Shown here: piece by piece, positions 40,801 through 52,013 of the stretch
How positions within the stretch are numbered: the stretch's first letter is position 1
How the letters are laid out: every line of letters begins with the position of its first letter
Source: Eledone cirrhosa
Lineage: Eukaryota
Direction of reading: 5' to 3'
Assembly: GCA_964016885.1 (NCBI GenBank)
Contig: OZ024745.1
Span: forward strand, 27,032,001 to 27,096,000
Length of the DNA stretch: 64,000 bases
Notes under the pieces: generated by a model
What the model was told of the DNA's origin: nothing
Databases searched by the model: none
What the model saw: the letters and a program-made list of their open reading frames with translations, nothing else
Position numbers and translations under genes: made by a program

Positions 40801-43800
40801 CTATAGTCTGATGTAGAGTGAAGGCCCATTCACACGGGCCATTCTCGCCACTTTCACCCATCTTTCATAGAAACGGCTGGGGTGCAGCACCTCTCTCTCC
40901 ATCCTGATCCTTCTTCCGAAATGATATCGGAAGAAACGGACCAGTTGTTGGCCAGAGAGAAAGGTGCCTGACCTCAGTCCTTTCAGACGCGTCCACCATA
41001 CAACCTCTTTCGCCATGGCTATTACGCACAGAAACACCGCCTCTGCTTCATCTTTGAAGGGGGGAGGCGGCTTGATCATTACAATAGACTCGGTGGTCAA
41101 CCGGATCGGTCCCACCCTTGACAGCAGTTGTTCGACATAGCCCCACAGATCGGCTACGCCCGAGCAGTGTACCAATGCGTGTGCAACGGTTTCCTCGTCG
41201 CACACGCATCTGGGACAGATCTTTTTGGCGGGGTCCCTACCCGGGCGCCCGTGTCTGTAGAGCCTTTCTCGAACGGGTAAACCCCCTCGGTAGCACTGCC
41301 AGGCCAGGGACTTCTGGAAGTTGTCCATAGGTCCCGGGCTGAATGTCCTACCGAACAGGCTGGCCAGTTCGTCCTCCTCCATGTCTAGGGCTTCTCCGAG
41401 GGCGTCGTCGCACCTGCTGCGTACCAGCCCTCTATAGAATGTTGCGGTGGAGTCTCCACTGATAACCGGATCCGCCTGCCAGAGGGCGGTGAGCGCCTGG
41501 GCACACTCAGTGTACCAGGCGCCCAGTTTTCTCGGTCTTTGCTTGACCCAGGATTGCAGCTCGGTGAGTGAGACGAGTCTGGGAAAGGTTCGTCTCACAA
41601 ACGAGGCCCACACCGGTTGTCCGGTGAGGAATACGTAGAGGTGCCGTAGCTTTAATGCGTGTTTACGCATCATTAGCCACGGCATCCCCAGCCCTCCTTT
41701 CGAAGGGTGTTGACAGCAGATGGATCTCCTCACCATAGGAGCCCGCCTCTTCCAAAGGAATTGGAAGAGCGCGCGCTCCATCTTGGTGAGGGTTTCCCTT
41801 GGGCAGGGCACTACGGTCAGGCGGTAGTAGATGACGGACGCTATGTAGGTGTTCGCCACCTCCGCCCGACCTTTCAGGGATAGTTTGCAACTGGCCCACT
41901 TCTGGGTCAGTGCAAACACCCTGTTCGTAACCTCCGCCCAGTTTTTCTCCACCTGGAGGTCCGGTCCGAACCAGACCCCGAGCAACTTCACCGGGCCCTC
42001 CGTCCAGCGTCCGACGACGCCATCGGAGGGCATCGGTCTGCCCCTCCACGTGCCGAGTTGCAAACCGATCGACTTGTCCCGGTTCAGCTTAGCCCCTGTG
42101 AACTTTTCGTACTCCTCCAGTAAGGTGCCGACCGCCTCGATTTCGGAGGCCGTCGACACCATTACTGTCACGTCATCGGCGTAGGCCGACACCGCTTTCC
42201 GCAATCCCGGTTCCAAAGGGATGCCCTGCAACAACTCCAACTTCCACAGTAGTGGCTCGAGAGTCAACACATACAGAAGGGAGGAGAGAGGGCACCCTTG
42301 TCGGATGGACCGCGCGATTTTGAACGGCTCCGAGAGGTAGCCGTTCACCTTGACCCTAGAGCAGATGCCGCTGCTGTGCATAGCAGTGATCCAGCCCCTG
42401 AAAACGGGTCCGAAGCCTGCCGCCGCTAGCACCGCATCCAGGTAACCATGGTCGACCCTATCGAACGCCTTAGATTGATCCAAGTTGATCAGAGCCCCAC
42501 CAAAGCCGGGTTCGTTCCCAACCCTCTCTATGATGTATTGCATGAGGTGGAGGTTGTCATGGATGGACCTGGACGGGATAGCGCATGTCTGCGCATCTCC
42601 CACCAGGTTGCCCACGACAAGCGCCAACCTCTTTGCTAGCACCTTGGCCAAAATCTGTAACTCTGTATTTAGCAGAGTTATGGGCCTGAAGTTACTTATT
42701 TCGTCCCCCTTGTTCTCGTCCTTCCTCACTAGCGTGACTACGCCCTTGGTCACAGTACAGGGAATTCTCCCGTTCTGTTGCCAGTTGCAGTAGACCGCCT
42801 CGAGGAGATCGGGGAACAAGTCCGGCATAGCTAGATATAATTCGTAAGGAAGACCATCGAGACCCGGGGATTTGCGTTTGACGCATTGGCTCAGCACGTC
42901 CTCTATGTCAGCGGCCGAAATCGGCTCCTCGCAGGACTTCGCCTCCCTGTCCGAGAGGCGCGGCAGGCCGTCGAGGTATGGACCGAAGTCCACGTTCCCA
43001 ACCGGCTCCCCGCCCCTCCCGAACAGTCGGGCAAAGTGCCTTTGAAAGGCCTTACACATCTGCCTAGGCTCAAGAATCGCCCGTCCATCCAGATCTCGCA
43101 AAGACCGGATGGTGGATTTAGTTCCACTGTTGGCCTCTGTCACGCGGGCCCAGCTAACAGCTTTGGTCCCCTCGTTCCCTAGAGCACGTATTTTACTTCG
43201 GACAACGCAGCCTTCGTGCTTCGCGTCGAAAAACTGGCTCAAAGCCGTTCTCGACGCTAGCACTCTGGCCACGTCGCCGCTTCTAATTGCCTCTTCTACT
43301 CTATCTATTAGCTCCCTTTCCTTCCTATTCCTATCCGCAGCTAGAACCTTACTAAATTCTATCGAGACTACTCTAATCTCTCTCGTTAGAGATACCCACC
43401 ACCTGCTGTTGACGATCGCTCCAGTCAACCGTTCCTTAACTAACGTACTAATCCGATTCCTGTAGGCTCTACTTGCCGGCAAGGACAAGTTGAGCTTCCA
43501 GTAACCGGGGCCCTGTCTATGAGTTCTGTCAAGGTTGACCGTGCAGGTCACTAATTTGTGGTCTGAATAGCCAACCATGCGCATTTTTGGACAACTTAAA
43601 AAGTCCTTATCCTTAATTCTAACTAAGAACCTATCTAGGTACGACCTAGATGATCCGCTACGATTTGCCCAAGTCCAGGTTGGCGCAGTCGGAAAATCTA
43701 GTCGATATCTATCGGCCAGGTCAAATCGACCGATTAACCCTTTGAGGCTATTACACCCCTCTCTATCGGGGCAGGCCCCTACGTAGTCCCAGCGTGCATC

Positions 43801-44238
43801 TAGGATACCATTCCAGTCCCCCACTAATAGCAAGGAGCGGGACGTCCCTAGAAAAGTCTCCAGACGATGGAAGAAGTCCGGCCGCATTGACCCGAAAGGG
43901 CCGTAGGCGGCTACCAACCTAAACGCTCCGCCTTTACCACTGCCAAGGTCCAGAACCACTAGTCGACCCTCCGGGTCCAAATGTACCATCTGTGTTGCGA
44001 GACCCAGATGTTTTTGCAGCAGAACGACAACTCCACCCCCACCTCCGGGCTGACAGAGAGATGCGTGCATCTCAAAGTCATCAAAGGTGGGGGACAGCTG
44101 TCGCACGTTGCTGATCCGGGCCTCGCAAATAACCATCACATCTATACGTTGTGACCTGAGGTCATTTAGAAGCATTGCTTGCTTCCAAGTTGAGCCCAGG
44201 CCACGCGCATTTAAACAGCCTACTCTTAGCATAGCCAT
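40801..44238 (-). CDS. ORF2p: APE endonuclease, reverse transcriptase and C-terminal CCHC zinc finger (1145 aa, intact)
   Basis: LNARGL, GDWN, YLDRFL, SDHK; KSPGLDG, FRPITLLN, LDQSKAFDRV, RQGCPLS, YADDV; CPRC...ETVAHALVHC. First ATG at 44238. Confidence 0.96.
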   Translation of the reverse strand: MAMLRVGCLNARGLGSTWKQAMLLNDLRSQRIDVMVICEARISNVRQLSPTFDDFEMHASLCQPGGGGGVVVLLQKHLGLATQMVHLDPEGRLVVLDLGSGKGGAFRLVAAYGPFGSMRPDFFHRLETFLGTSRSLLLVGDWNGILDARWDYVGACPDREGCNSLKGLIGRFDLADRYRLDFPTAPTWTWANRSGSSRSYLDRFLVRIKDKDFLSCPKMRMVGYSDHKLVTCTVNLDRTHRQGPGYWKLNLSLPASRAYRNRISTLVKERLTGAIVNSRWWVSLTREIRVVSIEFSKVLAADRNRKERELIDRVEEAIRSGDVARVLASRTALSQFFDAKHEGCVVRSKIRALGNEGTKAVSWARVTEANSGTKSTIRSLRDLDGRAILEPRQMCKAFQRHFARLFGRGGEPVGNVDFGPYLDGLPRLSDREAKSCEEPISAADIEDVLSQCVKRKSPGLDGLPYELYLAMPDLFPDLLEAVYCNWQQNGRIPCTVTKGVVTLVRKDENKGDEISNFRPITLLNTELQILAKVLAKRLALVVGNLVGDAQTCAIPSRSIHDNLHLMQYIIERVGNEPGFGGALINLDQSKAFDRVDHGYLDAVLAAAGFGPVFRGWITAMHSSGICSRVKVNGYLSEPFKIARSIRQGCPLSSLLYVLTLEPLLWKLELLQGIPLEPGLRKAVSAYADDVTVMVSTASEIEAVGTLLEEYEKFTGAKLNRDKSIGLQLGTWRGRPMPSDGVVGRWTEGPVKLLGVWFGPDLQVEKNWAEVTNRVFALTQKWASCKLSLKGRAEVANTYIASVIYYRLTVVPCPRETLTKMERALFQFLWKRRAPMVRRSICCQHPSKGGLGMPWLMMRKHALKLRHLYVFLTGQPVWASFVRRTFPRLVSLTELQSWVKQRPRKLGAWYTECAQALTALWQADPVISGDSTATFYRGLVRSRCDDALGEALDMEEDELASLFGRTFSPGPMDNFQKSLAWQCYRGGLPVRERLYRHGRPGRDPAKKICPRCVCDEETVAHALVHCSGVADLWGYVEQLLSRVGPIRLTTESIVMIKPPPPFKDEAEAVFLCVIAMAKEVVWWTRLKGLRSGTFLSGQQLVRFFRYHFGRRIRMEREVLHPSRFYERWVKVARMARVNGPSLYIRL

Positions 44239-44262
44239 GTTGGTGGTGAAGAGAAAAGGCAC

Positions 44263-45555
44263 TTACCTCTCTGCGTCCCGGGTATCGGGCTGCACAATTT
44301 CCATTAGGGTGGGGGATGGGTTTTTGGGTGGGGTGGTGGTTTGTGGAAGTGTGGGGGCATCAGTGTGTTGTGTGGTTGGGGAGCTTGGAGTTGTGTGGGT
44401 GTTTGGGGAGGGGGTGGGATAGTTTTTTAGGAGGACGCGGTTAATGGGCCCGACGCAGGGGGGCCCCACGTCCTCTTTAAAATTGTTTTTTAAAGTTTTA
44501 TAGGTGTCCTGTGGGGCCTTAATCATTTTGAGGTGGGGGAAATCCCCTGCCTGGGTGAAGTTAGGCCCTTGTGTTTTTATTAGATTGTTGTTGTACACAA
44601 TGTTTAACAGTTTTTTGTTTCTTGTATTTATGTATGTGTATGCATGTTTTTGTTTTTGTGTGGTGTTTTTTGTTTGCTGTTGTTGTGAGCTCTTTTGTGT
44701 TGGTGTCAGTGTTATGTTTTGGGGAGGGTTTTTTTTCATTTGTGTGTCTGAGGTGTGTTTTCTTTTTTTTCTTTTGATTGTGTGGAAGTGCTCCTCCTCG
44801 TCTGACGACGAACTAGGGTCATCTTCCGCGTTGGAGGGGAGGGGTATATTTTCGGGTTGTGTTTGCGGTACGGGTGTTTTGGAAATTGTTTTTGTTTTTG
44901 TGGAGGGGATGGGTTGGACATTGTTTTGTTTTGGTTTGAGCTGTGGTGGTTGTTTTTGTAGTGGTAGTTGTGGTGATTGTGTTGGTTGTGCAGTTGTTGG
45001 TGGTGTAGGCAGGATTGGGGTTTTCTTATTAAGTTGGGGACAGACAGCCCTCAGGTGACCTCTGGTTCCGCAGAGGTAACACGAGGGCCGTCTACCCTCA
45101 ACGGTAATGTTGATGAAGGTTAGATCATCCGGTATGACGCGTTCAGGGATCTGGGCGATCCTTTCGGGCCTCATTTGAACTACAAGTTCGAGGCTCGTTC
45201 CACTGAACGCGTCACCCGATGCCTTTCCCATGGACACCAGCATGTCATCCTCCAGGTCCAGAAAACCTGTCAAAACCCACCATATGTCCATAATCGGCAG
45301 GATGGTGTGGATTTTTATTTGTTGTGTTCTTCTACCCATGTACGTAGGGTAGAAGGTGTATGCGATGGATGTGATTGGTTTGATGGACAGTTTCACTGCT
45401 GTGTCCCTGTCCTTCATGAGAATGGATAGACTCCCGTAGAGTCTATCCTTCTGAATGAAGGTGATGTCCTTCATGACGTCTTTTAAAACCAGCTCTATCT
45501 CGCTCTGTGATGGTTGAGCTGGTTTTTTACTTTTGTTCGAGATTGTCCTAAACAT
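44263..45555 (-). CDS. ORF1p: gag-like nucleic-acid-binding protein with a CCHC zinc knuckle; the N-terminus probably extends to about 45807 across a frameshift
   Basis: CYLCGTRGHLRAVC knuckle, Pro/Gln/Thr-rich tail and KRKKRK basic patch; position directly upstream of ORF2. Confidence 0.88.
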   Translation of the reverse strand: MFRTISNKSKKPAQPSQSEIELVLKDVMKDITFIQKDRLYGSLSILMKDRDTAVKLSIKPITSIAYTFYPTYMGRRTQQIKIHTILPIMDIWWVLTGFLDLEDDMLVSMGKASGDAFSGTSLELVVQMRPERIAQIPERVIPDDLTFINITVEGRRPSCYLCGTRGHLRAVCPQLNKKTPILPTPPTTAQPTQSPQLPLQKQPPQLKPKQNNVQPIPSTKTKTISKTPVPQTQPENIPLPSNAEDDPSSSSDEEEHFHTIKRKKRKHTSDTQMKKNPPQNITLTPTQKSSQQQQTKNTTQKQKHAYTYINTRNKKLLNIVYNNNLIKTQGPNFTQAGDFPHLKMIKAPQDTYKTLKNNFKEDVGPPCVGPINRVLLKNYPTPSPNTHTTPSSPTTQHTDAPTLPQTTTPPKNPSPTLMEIVQPDTRDAER

Positions 45556-46243
45556 GACCGTGTTTAGGAGTCTCTGGCTTTTTAGTTCCGGGGGGGGGAA
45601 TGGATTGTGAATGAACCATTTTCCCCGTACACTATATATTTTTTCGCATCCGCCAGTAGCTCCTTCGCTTTTGTTATATCTACTGGCAGATAGTCGAGGG
45701 TTTTCCTTGTCGTCTCGGCGAAGGAGAAATTTTGTTTGTTTGTGTTGTTGTTGTCGTTGGTGGTGTTGTTGTTATCATTGTTGTTGTTGTTGTCACCGTT
45801 ATTGGTCAGATAGATAGATAGATAGATAGATAGACAGATAGACAGATAGATAGATAGACAGATAGATAGATAGACAGATAGACAGATAGATAGATAGATA
45901 GACAGACAGATAGACAGATAGATAGACAGACAGATAGATAGATAGAGTTGGAAAGACAGACAGACAGACAAATATATACCTATGTATATACATACATACA
46001 CACACATTATATATATGTATATGTGATGTATGTTTCAGTGTACATATACACACAAACACACAAACACACAAACACACACACACACACACACACACATACA
46101 CATACAGTTTACAAATGCATATTAGCATGTTTTACCATAAAGTATGTAGTACGATTGATTGTGTAAATGTGTGAGCGAGTGAGGGGCTGAGCGATGGATG
46201 AGTGTGTGTGTATGTGTACGTATATGAGTGTGTGTATGTGTAC

Positions 46244-46336
<93 letters not shown>

Positions 46337-46352
46337 TGTGTGCGTGTGCGTG

Positions 46353-46436
<84 letters not shown>

Positions 46437-46800
46437 GAAAAAAGAAAGGTGAAGGAAAGGACACAAAGATGATAGAGAAATGTTTAGTGGGACCAGATTA
46501 ACAGGTGGAAAGGGCGAGTTATTGACTGCGCAGTTTAAGTTATGAGCCTAAAGCAAACAGGAGAGACTTGCATCATGTTTGTAAGAAGTTGAGAAGTTAC
46601 TTATGCATGTTTATATGGGTTAAAATGGCGAATTGAGGGAGACGTTGCAACTCGGATTAAAATTCTCTCGGTATTTGATCCAGCTCACTGCGCGCTGAGC
46701 TGAAATCCTGTCCCGAAGTTAACTTTGCCCTTCATGCTTTTGAGATCGTTAATTTAGACATAAGGCCAGTAATTTTGCAGGAAGGGAACTGGACAGATTT

Positions 46801-46960
46801 TAAAGGCAAAAACCAATTCGCATAAGATCCAGGGTTAAACCCCGACCAAGATGGTTGGATAACATCCATGAGCTTGACTGGTCTAGCTTGGGGATCCAGC
46901 CGCATCAATTGGAGACGGTTGCTTCTGACAGGACCCGCTGGAAGGGTTATTTGAGGACTC
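46801..46960 (+). pseudogene. RTE-clade LINE C-terminal fragment
   Basis: RSRVKPRPRWLDNIHELDWSSLGI...VASDRTRW resembles the RTE R.RGRP..RW.D...A.DR..W end motif. Confidence 0.6.
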
Positions 46961-47445
46961 CCAGGAGTAAATGGTCCAAAATGAAAAAAGGGGAAAGTCA
47001 CTTATACCGACTCCAGTACAGTATTAATACTTTATTGCTGACCTCGATAGAATTCGAAACCAGAACGTAGAGCGCCATAACGAAATACTGCAAATCGTTT
47101 CATGCGATGCCCTGCCAATCCACTGCCCTCGTGTCAAGCATTTAATTACAACAGTGCCATCATGTGCAATGACATCAGTCTAGCAGAAATTAGATTCTAA
47201 AAGAGGCGAGGATTGGCATGAAGGTGGGAGTGGGCGGGGGGAATATAAGGGCAATGACAGAGCATTGTGACTGACTTACATAATAGGCTTAGGGCGTTGA
47301 GTCAGGTAAGGTTATCGTTAGAAGAATGAGAGTGGGTCCGAGGTTGGTAGAAATAATCAGCAGAAATAGAGTTTAACTATATAAGTGTAGCATGACGGTA
47401 TTTTGGTTTGAAGATTCTGAGAAGAATTAGATTATCAGTGGTTGG

Positions 47446-47606
47446 AAGAAGAAGAAGAAGAAGAAGAAGAAGAAGAAGAAGAAGAAGAAGAAGAAGAAGA
47501 AGAAGAAGAAGAAGAAGAAGAAGAAGAAGAAGAAGAAGAAGAAGAAGAAGAAGAAGAAGAAGAAGAAGAAGGAGGAGGAGGAGGAGGATAAGAATAATAA
47601 TAATAA

Positions 47607-47637
<31 letters not shown>

Positions 47638-47692
47638 AAGAAGAAAAAGAACAACAACAACAACAATACCAACAACTACTACTACTACTACA

Positions 47693-47727
<35 letters not shown>

Positions 47728-47728
47728 A
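47446..47728. repeat. Compound (AAG)n/(GGA)n/(AAT)n/(AAC)n/(ACT)n trinucleotide array
   Basis: Direct inspection. Confidence 0.95.
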
Positions 47729-48273
47729 GCAACAAGATATAAGACGAGGGGGGGGGGGGGGGGGGGGATTAGTAAACTATAGCAGTAAAGGTTATGTAAA
47801 ATGATTAGAAAAGACTTAAAACACTTTTAAAATGTATTATTTTTAGTCAACATATGCAGACATGTGTGCATGTGTGTATATATGCATGTGTGTATATATG
47901 CATGTGTGTATATATGCATGTGTGTATATATGCATGTGTGTATATGCATGCGTATATATGTATGTATGTATATATACATGTGTGTGTATATATATATGTG
48001 TGTACATATGCATGTGTGTATATAGGCATGTGTGTACATATGCACGTGTTTTGTGGGTGCGTATATACATGTATGTGTGTATTATATATATATATATATA
48101 TATATATACGCATTTATGTATATATGATTCTATGTGTGTATGATGTTTGAATATATGTATGTGTATATGTAGAGGTGTGTATGTTCTGGGTATTTTTGTA
48201 TGTTTGTTTGAGGGTAGGGGTTCTCACCAATAGAGAGATAGATCGATAGATAGATCGATAGATAAATAGATAG

Positions 48274-48533
48274 ATTTCTTTATTTGCCACAGGGGCGCAC
48301 AAGAAAAGGGGACAAAACAAAGACACATGCCGGGGATTTTACATACAGTCGCGTAAAAATATTGAAACAAACAAATTTAACAATCGAAATCCCCAATAGT
48401 GGGGAGGCACCACAAATGGGTTGTTTAATACCCCGTCGATAGAACAACCTTCAACTTCAGGAGCGTATTGTGCAAGTGCTCCTTTCTTCCTTTTGCTATC
48501 TTCTTTAACCTACAGGTTTATATACAGAGAAGG
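48274..48533 (-). mobile_element. Tx1-clade LINE, subfamily D, 3'UTR-only copy
   Basis: Family terminus and last ORF2 codons; homologous to 51675-51941; GATA on both sides. Confidence 0.88.
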
Positions 48534-48553
48534 TATATAGATAGATAGATAAC

Positions 48554-51500
48554 ATTCTTTATTAGCCATAAGGACACAAAAGAAGGGGACAAATACAAAT
48601 GGGGAGTTTACATACAGGTATATGAAAATAAAACTATTAATACAATAACAAATAACAATTGAAATCCCCAATAGGCGGGAGGTGTTACACAGGGGTTGTA
48701 CACACCCCCGAAAAAATGAACAACCCTCATCTCCAGGAGCACCAAGACTGAGTACTCCCTTCCTCTCTTCCTCTTTTTCCTCAACCTACAGGCTTATATT
48801 GAGAGAAGGCCCAGCCACTCGGGCCATCTTTGCCACATTCACCCACCTTTCATAAAATTTGCTGGAGTACAGCACCTCTCTCTCCATCCTGATTCTTCTT
48901 CCAAAATGATATTTGAAAGAACGAATCAGTTGCTCGCCGGAGAGAAAGGTGTCTGACCTCAGCCCTTTTAACCTCGTCCACCATATAACCTCTTTCACCA
49001 TAGCCACAACACATAGGAAAACCGCCTCTCCCTCGTTTTTGAAGGAGGGTGGCGGTTTGATCATGACAATGGACTCGGTGGTCAACTGGATTGGTCCCAC
49101 CCGCGACAATAGTAGTTCTACATAGCCCAACAGGTCGGTAACGCCCGGGCAGTGTACAAATGCGTGTGCGACAGTTTCCTCGTCGCGCACGCATCTCGGA
49201 CAGATCTTTTTCGAAGGGTCCCTACCCGGAGGCCCGTGTCTGTAGAGCTTGTCTCGAACTGGTAGAGCTCCTCGGTAGCATTGCCAGGCCAGGGACTTTT
49301 GGAAGTTGTCCATTGGTCCTGAGTGGAAGGTCCTACCGAACAGACTGGCCAGTTTCTCCGAGCGTGTCGTCGCATTTGCTGCGGACCAGCCCTCTATAGA
49401 ATGTCGAAGTGGATTCTCCACTAATCGCCGGGTCCGTTTGCCAGAGGACTGTGAGCGCCTGAGCACATTCGATGTGCCAGTCGCCCATTTCCTCGGTCTT
49501 TGCTTGACCCAGGACTGCAGCTCGGTCAGCGAGACGAGTCATGGGAAGGCTCGCCTCACGAACGGGGCCCACACCGGTTGTCTGGTGAGGAATATGTGGA
49601 GGTGCCGCCGCCTGAGCGCGTGTTTGCGCATCGTCAGCCACAGCATCCCCAACCCTCCGTTTGAATGGTGTTGGCAGCAGATGGATCTTCTCACCAAAGG
49701 AGCCCGTTTCTTCCAAAGGAATTGGAAGAGCGCGCGCTCCATTTTGGTGAGCGTTTTGGCTGGACAAGGCACGACGGTCAAGCGGTAGTAGATGACGGAC
49801 GCTATAAAAGTGTTCGCCACCTCCGCTCGACCTTTCAAGGATAGTTTGCACTCGGCCCACTTCTGGGTGAGCGCAAACACCTTGGCCGTAATCCTCGTTC
49901 CAGTTCTTCTCCACCTGGAGGTCCGGACCAAACCAGACCCCGAACAGCTTTACCGGTTCTTCCGTCCAGCGTCCGACGACGCCATCGGAAGGCATCGGTT
50001 TGCCTCTCCACGTTCCGAGTTGCAAACCGTTGGATTTGTCCCGGTTTAGCTTCGCTCCTGTGAACCTTTCGTATTCCTCCAGTAAGGTGCCGACCTCCCC
50101 GATTTGCGAAGTGCTCGACACCATTACTGTCACGTCGTCGGCGGAGGCCAACGCCACTTTTCGCAGTCCCGGTTCCAAAGGGATGCCCTGCAATAGCTCC
50201 AACTTCCGCAGTAGTGGCTCGAGAATCAGTACGTACAGAAGGGAGGACAGAGGGCATCCCTGTCGGATGGATCGCATAATATGGAACGGCTCCGAGAGGT
50301 AGCCGTTCAGCTTGACCCTTGAGCAGATGTTGCTGCTGTGCATTGCAACAATCCAGCCCGTGAACACGGGTCCGAAGCCTGCCGCCTCGAGCACCACATC
50401 CAGGTAACGATGGTCAACCCTATCGAAAGCCTTAGACTGATCCAAGTTGATCAGGGCCCCACCGAAGCCGGGTTTACACCCTACCCTCTCTATGATGTAT
50501 CGCATGAGGTGGAGGTTGTCGTGTCTGGACCTGGTCGGGATTGCGCATGTCTGCGCTTCTCCCACCAGGTTTTCGACGACAAGCGCCAACCTTTTTGCCA
50601 ACACCTTGGCTAAAATCTGTAACTCTGTGTTGAGCAGAGTTATGGGCCGGAAGTTGCCTATGTCATCCCCCTTATTCTCGTTCTTCCTGACTAACGTGAT
50701 TACGCCCTTGGTCACAGAACTGGGAATTCTCCCGTTCTGCTGCCAGTTGCAGTAGACCGCTTCCAGGAGACCGGAGAACAAGTCCGGCATTGCTACGTAA
50801 AATTCGTAGGGTAGACCGTCGAGACCTGGAGATTTGCGTTTGCCGCATTTGCTCAGCGCGTCCCCTATCTCAGCGGCCGAAATCAGCCTTTCGCAGAACT
50901 TCGCCTCGCTGTTCGAGAGTCGCGGTAGGCCGTCGAAGTATGGAGCGAAATCCATAGCCCCTCCCGGCGAGCCGCCCTGCCTGAACAGTTGAGAAAAGTG
51001 CCGCTGAAAGGCCGCGCACATTTTCTTCGGCTCACGTATCACGTCTTGGTCCTTCAAAGACCGAATCGTGGACTTGTTGCCACTTTTCGCCTCCGTCACT
51101 CGGGCGCAGCTAACAGTTTTGGCTCCCTCGTTTCCCAAAGCACGTATTTTGCTTCTGACAACGCATCCTTTATGCTTTGCGTCGAAGAACTGGTCCAAGG
51201 CCGTTCTCGTCGCTAGCACGCTGGCTACGTTGCCACTCCTAAGTGCCTCTTCTACTTTATCTACCAGTTCATTTTCGGTCTTATTTCTATCTAACACTAA
51301 TTCTTTACTAAAACCTATTGAGTCTAATCTAACTGCTCTCTTGAGAGAGTGCCACCATCTGTTGTTGACAATGGCCCCCGTCAAGTGCTGCTTAACTAAA
51401 GTGCTAATCCGTCTACTGTAGGCTTTGCATGTCGGCTTCCAGTAGCCGGGTCCCTGTCTATGGGCTTTGTCAAGGTTGACTAAGCAGGTCACTAATTTGT

Positions 51501-51656
51501 GATCTGAATAGGCAACCATGGACATTTGTGGACAGCTTAACATATCCCTATCCTTCTTTCTAACTAGAACCCTATCTAGGTACGATCTAGATGTTCCGCT
51601 GCGATTAATTCACGTCCACAGTGGCACAGTCGGAAAATCTAGTCGATATCTATCGG
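48554..51656 (-). mobile_element. Tx1-clade LINE, subfamily A, 5'-truncated and inactivated (3.1 kb)
   Basis: ORF2 homology split over frames; YADD changed to SADD, short deletions, frameshifts near 49890 and 49490. Confidence 0.94.
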
Positions 51657-51674
51657 AGATAGATAGATAGATAG

Positions 51675-51941
51675 ATTTCTTTATTAGCCACAAGGGCGCA
51701 ACAAGAAAAGTGGACAATACAAAGACATGCCGGGGATTTTACATACAGTCGTGTAAAAAATATAAAAACAAACAATTTCAACAATCGAAATCCCCAATAG
51801 GGGGAAGGCGCTACATATGGGTTGTTTAATACCCCGTCGATAGAACAACCCTCAACTCCAGGAGCGTGTTGTGCAAGTGCTCCTTTCTTCCTTTTGCTCT
51901 CTTCCTCAACCTACAGGCTTATAAACAGAGAAGGCCCAATC
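51675..51941 (-). mobile_element. Tx1-clade LINE, subfamily D, 3'UTR-only copy
   Basis: As 48274-48533; followed by (GATA)n 51942-52011. Confidence 0.88.
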
Positions 51942-52012
<71 letters not shown>

Positions 52013-52013
52013 T

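Larger units (their letters stand above)
40538..45807 (-). mobile_element. Near-full-length Tx1-clade non-LTR retrotransposon (subfamily B) inserted in a (GATA/GACA)n tract
   Basis: ORF1 plus ORF2 plus 263-nt 3'UTR ending AATAAAAGAAAC; GATA/GACA repeats at 40431-40537 and 45808-45970. Confidence 0.96.

Noticed and set aside
44239-44262. GTG start for ORF2 given in the ORF track
   Set aside because: It is simply the codon after the ORF1 stop; the ATG at 44238 fits the usual APE N-terminus.
41118-45429. Several short antisense and alternative-frame ORFs within the LINE
   Set aside because: Shadow ORFs of GC-rich coding sequence; no motifs.
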